NCBI GenBank assembly: GCA_016839945.1
Contig: JAEOTE010000050.1
Span: forward strand, 1 to 11,168
Source: Candidatus Heimdallarchaeota archaeon
GTDB taxonomy: Archaea > Asgardarchaeota > Heimdallarchaeia > Heimdallarchaeales > Heimdallarchaeaceae
Length of the DNA stretch: 11,168 bases
Direction of reading: 5' to 3'
Shown: positions 7,689 through 11,168 of the stretch, piece by piece
Position numbering within the stretch: position 1 is the stretch's first letter
Layout: each line of letters opens with the position of its first letter
Translations under genes and position numbers: made by a program
Notes under the pieces: generated by a model
What the model was told of the DNA's origin: nothing
Database searches by the model: none
The model's input: only the letters and a program-made list of their open reading frames with translations

Positions 7689-8500
7689 TATCTGATTCAA
7701 TTAAGAATGAGATAAATTTAGCAATAATTGAGAAGTTTAATCTTAATCAAGAACCTAGTTGGAACTATATTGATAGAGGATATATTAACGAGAAATTTGA
7801 GATTGCAGGAGAAAATAAAGAACCTCTTGCAATATGTAAGATATTTACAGAGGAAGAAAAAATATATCGAGCTGAACAAAGATATAAACGAGAGGAATTT
7901 GCTTTAGAAATATATGGAGGTAAAATAGCTCCTGATATTATCTGGAAAAACGATTCTGAGATTATTGTATATAGTTATATTGTTGGACAAGAGCTTCTTC
8001 ACCTTGAGATTAATAATGAAACAGAAACGAAAATAAAGAAAGTAATTGATCATATTCATAAAATTGCAAGAAACGATATTAAAGTAAGAAAAGAAGAAGT
8101 AACAAACTTCTATCAAGAAATAATTAGTGAATACAAAAAATCTGAAATTGGATACCCATCAAAACTGATTGAAGAATTAGAAGATCTTACTATCAAACAA
8201 AAAGAAGTATTAGACCAATTCCAAGAGAAACTAACATATGTTCATGGAGATTTAATTCCTCCAAATTTCATATTCGATGGAAAACAATTTATTCTAATTG
8301 ATTGGGAGTTTTTCAGACCTGAGTTAACTTTTTTTGATTATAAATACTTTAACTACTACGCTAAAGCTCACAAAATGCCAATAGAGCTGAAAATAGATCA
8401 GACGGTTCAAAATTTATATTTTAGATTGATTGATGTTTTGGAGAAACTCTGGAGATATGGATATTTACAAAGGAAAAACGAAATCCACTATGAAATTTAA
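7685..8500 (+). CDS. APH/choline-kinase-fold phosphotransferase; candidate thiamine kinase (ThiK-like)
   Basis: GYIN loop, ICKIF (ATP-binding Lys), REEFAL, Brenner motif HGDLIPPN, and LIDWEF. TTG start overlaps the thiQ stop (TTGA) with GGAGGT at 7670-7675. The fold is confident; the substrate is inferred from context only. Confidence 0.8.
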   Translation: MISDSIKNEINLAIIEKFNLNQEPSWNYIDRGYINEKFEIAGENKEPLAICKIFTEEEKIYRAEQRYKREEFALEIYGGKIAPDIIWKNDSEIIVYSYIVGQELLHLEINNETETKIKKVIDHIHKIARNDIKVRKEEVTNFYQEIISEYKKSEIGYPSKLIEELEDLTIKQKEVLDQFQEKLTYVHGDLIPPNFIFDGKQFILIDWEFFRPELTFFDYKYFNYYAKAHKMPIELKIDQTVQNLYFRLIDVLEKLWRYGYLQRKNEIHYEI

Positions 8501-8716
8501 AAAAGAAAATGAAGATATAAGAAGAATATGATTTTGAAAATTGATTTAAACCCATCCATAAGTTTAAAAGCGCACTAAATAGCTTAAGAATAGCGTATAA
8601 TAGTTGAGTTCTAAATTGAGTAGCAGTAGTATAGTAATAGTAATCGAGTTAGATGAATATCTTCTTCTTCTTATTTAGTTATAAATTATTATATTCAAAA
8701 AATAAAGGTGAAAATA

Positions 8717-8872
8717 TTGGGATATAGACGATATGATGACAGTCCAAGAGAAATGCATGACATAAAATGCTCAGAATGCGGACAAGATGCACAAGTGCCT
8801 TTCAAGCCTGATGGTGAAAGACCAGTGTACTGCAGAGATTGTTATCAAAAACAAAGAAGATCAAGATATTAG
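8717..8872 (+). CDS. Small CxxC-x17-CxxC zinc-ribbon domain protein (51 aa)
   Basis: Not in the ORF track. MGYRRYDDSPREMHDIKCSECGQDAQVPFKPDGERPVYCRDCYQKQRRSRY*, with CSEC-x17-CRDC and the family's VPFKP..RPVYC signature. SD AGGTGA at 8706-8711 before TTG. Confidence 0.9.
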   Translation: MGYRRYDDSPREMHDIKCSECGQDAQVPFKPDGERPVYCRDCYQKQRRSRY

Positions 8873-8879
8873 TAAAAGT

Positions 8880-8930
8880 TTGTAATGATTTTTAATTACA
8901 ATCTTCCTATTTTTTCTTTCATATTTTTTG
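8880..8930 (+). terminator. Probable terminator of the CxxC-x17-CxxC gene
   Basis: Inverted repeat TTGTAAT (8880-8886)/ATTACAA (8895-8901) followed by T-rich TCTTCCTATTTTTTCTTTC...TTTTTT. Confidence 0.5.
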
Positions 8931-8977
8931 TAAGAAATGAAGCTTTAAAACTAAATTTTCATATGTTTACATATAAG

Positions 8978-9121
8978 ATGGCTTCTTGTAGGATTAGAAT
9001 TCACAGGATAATATCCTGGTTGATGGTTGTATTCTTTCTTGCAACAATCATTCATATACCCCAGGATTATAGACCTCTAAATTCTCCTGAGTATTATACA
9101 ACTTTCTGGATATGTCTTTAA
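8978..9121 (+). pseudogene. Possible small membrane protein or truncated gene remnant
   Basis: MASCRIRIHRIISWLMVVFFLATII resembles the first TM helix of a membrane protein, then the ORF ends after 47 aa. TATA-like TTTAAAA at 8944-8950. Confidence 0.3.
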
Positions 9122-9139
9122 CAAAAAAAGAAAAAAAAA

Positions 9140-9412
9140 TTAGAAAAATGAACCTTTGTGTAATAGAAAATCGCAAATAGCTTTATTCTTTTGATTATTG
9201 ATATTTTTCTTGTGATGATAATTATAATAAATTTCCATATTATACAGTTGAGACGATGAAATCTTGGAGCTAAAGAGATTTTCTGCTAGATGATCTAAGA
9301 GAGAAACTAATGTTTCTTCTTCAGTAGAATTAAGGTTCATAAATCCTTTTAGTGAATTATACTCATTGAAGATACTATTCTTCAGGTTTTCTTTCTTGAT
9401 TATTGTTGTCAT
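9140..9412 (-). CDS. Hypothetical protein (90 aa)
   Basis: ATG start with ATATAAAA beginning 28 nt upstream (9440) and a minus-strand U-tract right after the stop (9139-9123). No recognisable domain. Confidence 0.55.
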   Translation of the reverse strand: MTTIIKKENLKNSIFNEYNSLKGFMNLNSTEEETLVSLLDHLAENLFSSKISSSQLYNMEIYYNYHHKKNINNQKNKAICDFLLHKGSFF

Positions 9413-9511
9413 GAGCTATGATTATTTCTTCTTTTTATATGGATTAGTCGATGAAAAAGAATTATCTAGAATACCAGAAAAACTGAATAAATGAACTAGC
9501 AAAATTATTGT

Positions 9512-9535
9512 AAAAGAAAAGAAAAGAAAAGAAAG
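9512..9535 (-). terminator. U-rich terminator / (CTTTT)n tract after the GNAT-like gene
   Basis: (AAAAG)x4+AAAG on the + strand directly abutting the stop codon at 9536-9538; reads as repeated U4 runs in the transcript. Confidence 0.55.
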
Positions 9536-10429
9536 TTAAATTTCTTTCATAAGTACATCATATTGTCCTACTTTTTCAAAACCTAGAGTTACAATATCTT
9601 TTGCTTCCTCTTGATCAGTAGGATTATTTGGGTTAAGATAAACTATAGTTCTTTCAAATCCTTTTTCTTTACTAATACCTATTAAGTCTGAAAGAACATG
9701 CTTCTTATATTCAGAATTTATCCCACAGAAAACAGGTAATTGTGTAAGATTAGGTTTTTGTGATTTTATTAAACAACCATAAGCTAAAATTTCTCCATCT
9801 TTTTTAACAGTTCGCTGTGCTAAGATATTTGGATTTTCCATTAGATTATTCATCATAGTTTGAATCCTTTCTGGAGTGAGTTGTTCATAAGCTTCATCAA
9901 ACATCTTGATGATATATTCGATTTCTTTTTCATGATTATATTCATCAACAATTTCCTCAGTCTCGAATTTCTTGAATTTATCTGGAGATAATAAATAAGT
10001 TTCAGCTACAGATCGTGAATATTCAAAACCTTTCTTCTTTGCTAATTCGTATGTGTTACCATTAAGGTTGTTTTGAGGTGATTCTATTCTTTTAACTTCC
10101 TTCTTTTTAAGAACTTTCAATAGCTCATCATAGAGTAAGTCATAAGCTTCTTCATGACCAGGTAAAGCAAAAGCAAGTCTTGTTTGACTTATTTTTATTT
10201 TCTCCTCTTCATCATCTCTAATGGTAGCACCAATATATCCAACCATCTTATCATCTTTGAAACAATAAAGTCTTGTTTCAGGATCAAAATCATCACGAGA
10301 ATAAACTTGCTTAACTTGTTCAACATTTGATTGAGTATAAGCTAACCATTCTTTTGCTAAAGTAGAACCAATATTGACTTGGTCTTCAATGAAGTCTTCA
10401 TTATATCCTTTTATTATATAATCTGACAT
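9536..10429 (-). CDS. GNAT-fold N-acetyltransferase-like protein (probably tandem domains)
   Basis: YCFKDDKMVGYI and KKDGEILAYG beta-hairpins, ALPGHE, LKKKEVKRI / SKEKGFERTI, and KKGFEY / TLGFEK ends, giving two GNAT-like repeats. ATG 10429 has TTATAAAT beginning 28 nt upstream (10457). Confidence 0.7.
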   Translation of the reverse strand: MSDYIIKGYNEDFIEDQVNIGSTLAKEWLAYTQSNVEQVKQVYSRDDFDPETRLYCFKDDKMVGYIGATIRDDEEEKIKISQTRLAFALPGHEEAYDLLYDELLKVLKKKEVKRIESPQNNLNGNTYELAKKKGFEYSRSVAETYLLSPDKFKKFETEEIVDEYNHEKEIEYIIKMFDEAYEQLTPERIQTMMNNLMENPNILAQRTVKKDGEILAYGCLIKSQKPNLTQLPVFCGINSEYKKHVLSDLIGISKEKGFERTIVYLNPNNPTDQEEAKDIVTLGFEKVGQYDVLMKEI

Positions 10430-10479
10430 ACGCAATGAAATATTGAAACATTTATAATTTTTACTAAGATGAGATTTTT

Positions 10480-11168
10480 TTATGTTTTTTCTATTTTTGT
10501 TTCCTTATTAGGCGTCGTTTGTTTCTCCATTTCTTTCGCATTTATATACGACAATATTGATACACTCCCTAGTAGTATTACTATCCCAATTATCTGTAAG
10601 ATAGCTAAAGTTCTGTTATCAGAAACACCAAATCCTAAGAAAAAGTAATTTACTACAATTGCTAATAGAGGAAAGGCTAATTCAGCTATACCTGCAATAG
10701 CTGCTTTTGATCTTTTCAATCCAAAATAATAAAGTGCTAGTGGAAGTACTCCTCCAGTAAAGATAGCAGCATATAGAATACAAACACCTCCATACCACTG
10801 CCAATCTAAAGGTACAAAACCTCCAGCGTCTGAATTAAAGTATCCAAAAACGTTCATTTTTGTCCCTAGCAAATTGAAATATTCTGCTTTGAAAGTTAAC
10901 AATGGAATATTTAAGAAAATAAGAAAGAGAAAACCTCCTATATATCTAAACAATGTTAAATTCCAATAGTCAACTTTTTCCGTTAGAATTCTTCCAAAGA
11001 CTGTTGAACCCCCCCAGAATACAGCTGCTAGAAGAGAGCATAAAACAGCAACAATAGCATATGTACCTAGTGTTTTAGAAATTCCCCACTTATCAATTAT
11101 ATCGGGAATCACCATTAAAATAATACCAGATAAAGCAAAGAAGAGAGTGATATAGAACCTATATGATA
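10480..11168 (-). CDS. EamA/DMT family transporter, 5' end outside the window
   Basis: Frame stays open to the window edge (SYRFYITLFFALSGIILMVIP...). EamA-type motifs AAVFWGGSTVFGR, TLFRY, LYYFGLKRSKA..A.IAELAFP, QIIG..ILLG. Confidence 0.85.
   Translation of the reverse strand, partial: SYRFYITLFFALSGIILMVIPDIIDKWGISKTLGTYAIVAVLCSLLAAVFWGGSTVFGRILTEKVDYWNLTLFRYIGGFLFLIFLNIPLLTFKAEYFNLLGTKMNVFGYFNSDAGGFVPLDWQWYGGVCILYAAIFTGGVLPLALYYFGLKRSKAAIAGIAELAFPLLAIVVNYFFLGFGVSDNRTLAILQIIGIVILLGSVSILSYINAKEMEKQTTPNKETKIEKT

Noticed and set aside
1290-8116. Short track ORFs 1290-1478, 1798-2001, 2929-3144, 3089-3349, 4020-4313, 4154-4420, 4557-4799, 5739-6047, 6515-6802, 7904-8116
   Set aside because: All overlap well-supported genes on the opposite strand and have no motifs; treated as shadow ORFs.
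7685-8500. Aminoglycoside resistance gene
   Set aside because: The fold is shared by many small-molecule kinases; there is no mobile-element context, and the gene is coupled to a vitamin transporter.
8564-8675. Minus-strand open frame (RRRRYSSNSITITILLLL...)
   Set aside because: No start codon after the upstream stop; a by-product of the AGT/CTT repeats.
8885-8977. N-terminal part of the 78-aa track ORF
   Set aside because: Runs through the terminator-like T-tract of the upstream gene and a TATA-like box; low-complexity translation.
9068-9079. TATAGACCTCTA, partial resemblance to the operator
   Set aside because: Arm spacing is wrong and there is no adjacent promoter context; chance level.
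1-11168. CRISPR array, tRNA/rRNA, transposase or prophage genes
   Set aside because: No regularly spaced repeats, GC-rich structured RNA segments or recombinase/transposase motifs were seen.

Overview
Strongly AT-rich prokaryotic DNA that looks archaeal. Several ORFs have a TATA-like box 26-29 nt upstream of the ATG (leaderless layout), others have GGTG(A)/GGAGG Shine-Dalgarno motifs before TTG starts, there are U-tract terminators, and the thiamine locus has an archaeal-type ThiR regulator instead of a TPP riboswitch. An Asgard/Heimdall-like origin is my unverified impression. Left to right: partial sua5/tsaC (-), SDR oxidoreductase (+), wHTH regulator with a C-terminal Zn-finger-like motif (-), a thiamine uptake locus thiR-thiB-thiP-thiQ plus a coupled APH/choline-kinase-fold kinase (+), a small CxxC-x17-CxxC protein missing from the ORF track, two small ORFs, a tandem GNAT-like protein (-) and a partial EamA/DMT transporter (-). 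The best candidate for an undescribed system is a self-contained thiamine import/phosphorylate/sense module. It comprises a ThiK-like candidate thiamine kinase overlapping thiQ and a ThiR with a divergent ligand pocket. A 15-bp palindrome (TATAGG-N3-CCTATA) sits in front of both thiR and thiB. All family assignments come from motif recognition by eye, not database searches.
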